64,000 bases of DNA, taken from positions 119,970,001-120,034,000 of the forward strand of contig OZ024741.1 of assembly GCA_964016885.1 (NCBI GenBank), read 5' to 3'. The notes under the pieces are model-generated. The model did no database searches, had not been told where the DNA came from, and saw only the letters and a list, made by a program, of their open reading frames with translations. The translations under genes and the position numbers were made by a program. Within the stretch, counting starts at the first letter, position 1. Each line of letters begins with the position of its first letter. The DNA is from Eledone cirrhosa (taxonomy: Eukaryota). Shown one piece after another: positions 63,501 through 64,000 of this stretch.

Positions 63501-64000
63501 TTGTCTATGAAGTCTGTCTATGTCGATCTCACAGATCACAAATTTGTGGTCTGTGTACTCGACTATTTTAAATTGTGGACAACTATACTAGCCTTATCTA
63601 GTTCTTAGCAGAATACCCTATCGAGATACGATCTGGATGACCCGATGCGGTTTGTCCATGTCCACATTGGCACATTCGGGTAATCCAGTCGATACCTGTC
63701 AGACAGTTCAAAACGTCTGAGCAGGTTGGTGAGGCTCTTGCACCCTTACTCCCCTATCCACTAGCCCCACACAATCCCAGCGTGCATCCAAGATACCGTT
63801 CCAGTCGCCCACTAACACTAAAGAGCGGCACGTTCCAAGAAAGGTCTCTAGACGTCTGAAGAAATCTGGCCGCCCTGCCCCTGTTGGGGCGTAGACGGCT
63901 ACTAGCCTGAAAGCATTGCCTTCGCTGCCGGTCACGTCCAGCACCACCAACTTACCTTCTGGGTCTAGGAAGATGGCCCGTATGGTGAGATCCAAGCCTC
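60522..64000 (-). mobile_element. Tx1-clade LINE ORF2 (APE and RT), degenerate, continues beyond the window; (ATT)n tail
   Basis: FRLVAVYAP, VGDWNG, TDHK, GYWNLN, NFRPITLLN, RQGCPLS, CPRC. Confidence 0.92.

Overview
AT-rich, microsatellite-dense eukaryotic DNA. The repeat landscape suggests a mollusc or cephalopod, but that is inference. Host genes: two minus-strand paralogues of an intronless Cys-rich (somatomedin-B-like) ectodomain plus class-B/Methuselah-like 7TM receptor, about 48.7 kb apart. One is intact (50041-52653, ectodomain module duplicated) and one is disabled (1338-3316). The space between them holds Penelope-like retroelements (RT plus GIY-YIG), Tx1-like, RTE and CR1-like LINEs, tRNA-type SINEs, a hAT MITE and a ~6.7 kb Helitron. 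The main hidden signal is RNA structure. By eye I read about 30 type-I hammerhead ribozyme (HHR) motifs from many distinct sequence families between 4.7 and 47.7 kb. Most have a palindromic helix III, several carry a covaried U3-A8 core, and nearly all sit in (TA)n microsatellites. They occur as head-to-head fold-backs or as ORF-less tandem units (708 and 593 nt) resembling retrozymes. All calls are manual reads; no searches or folding programs were run. Most short ORFs in the track are microsatellite artefacts or antisense shadows.
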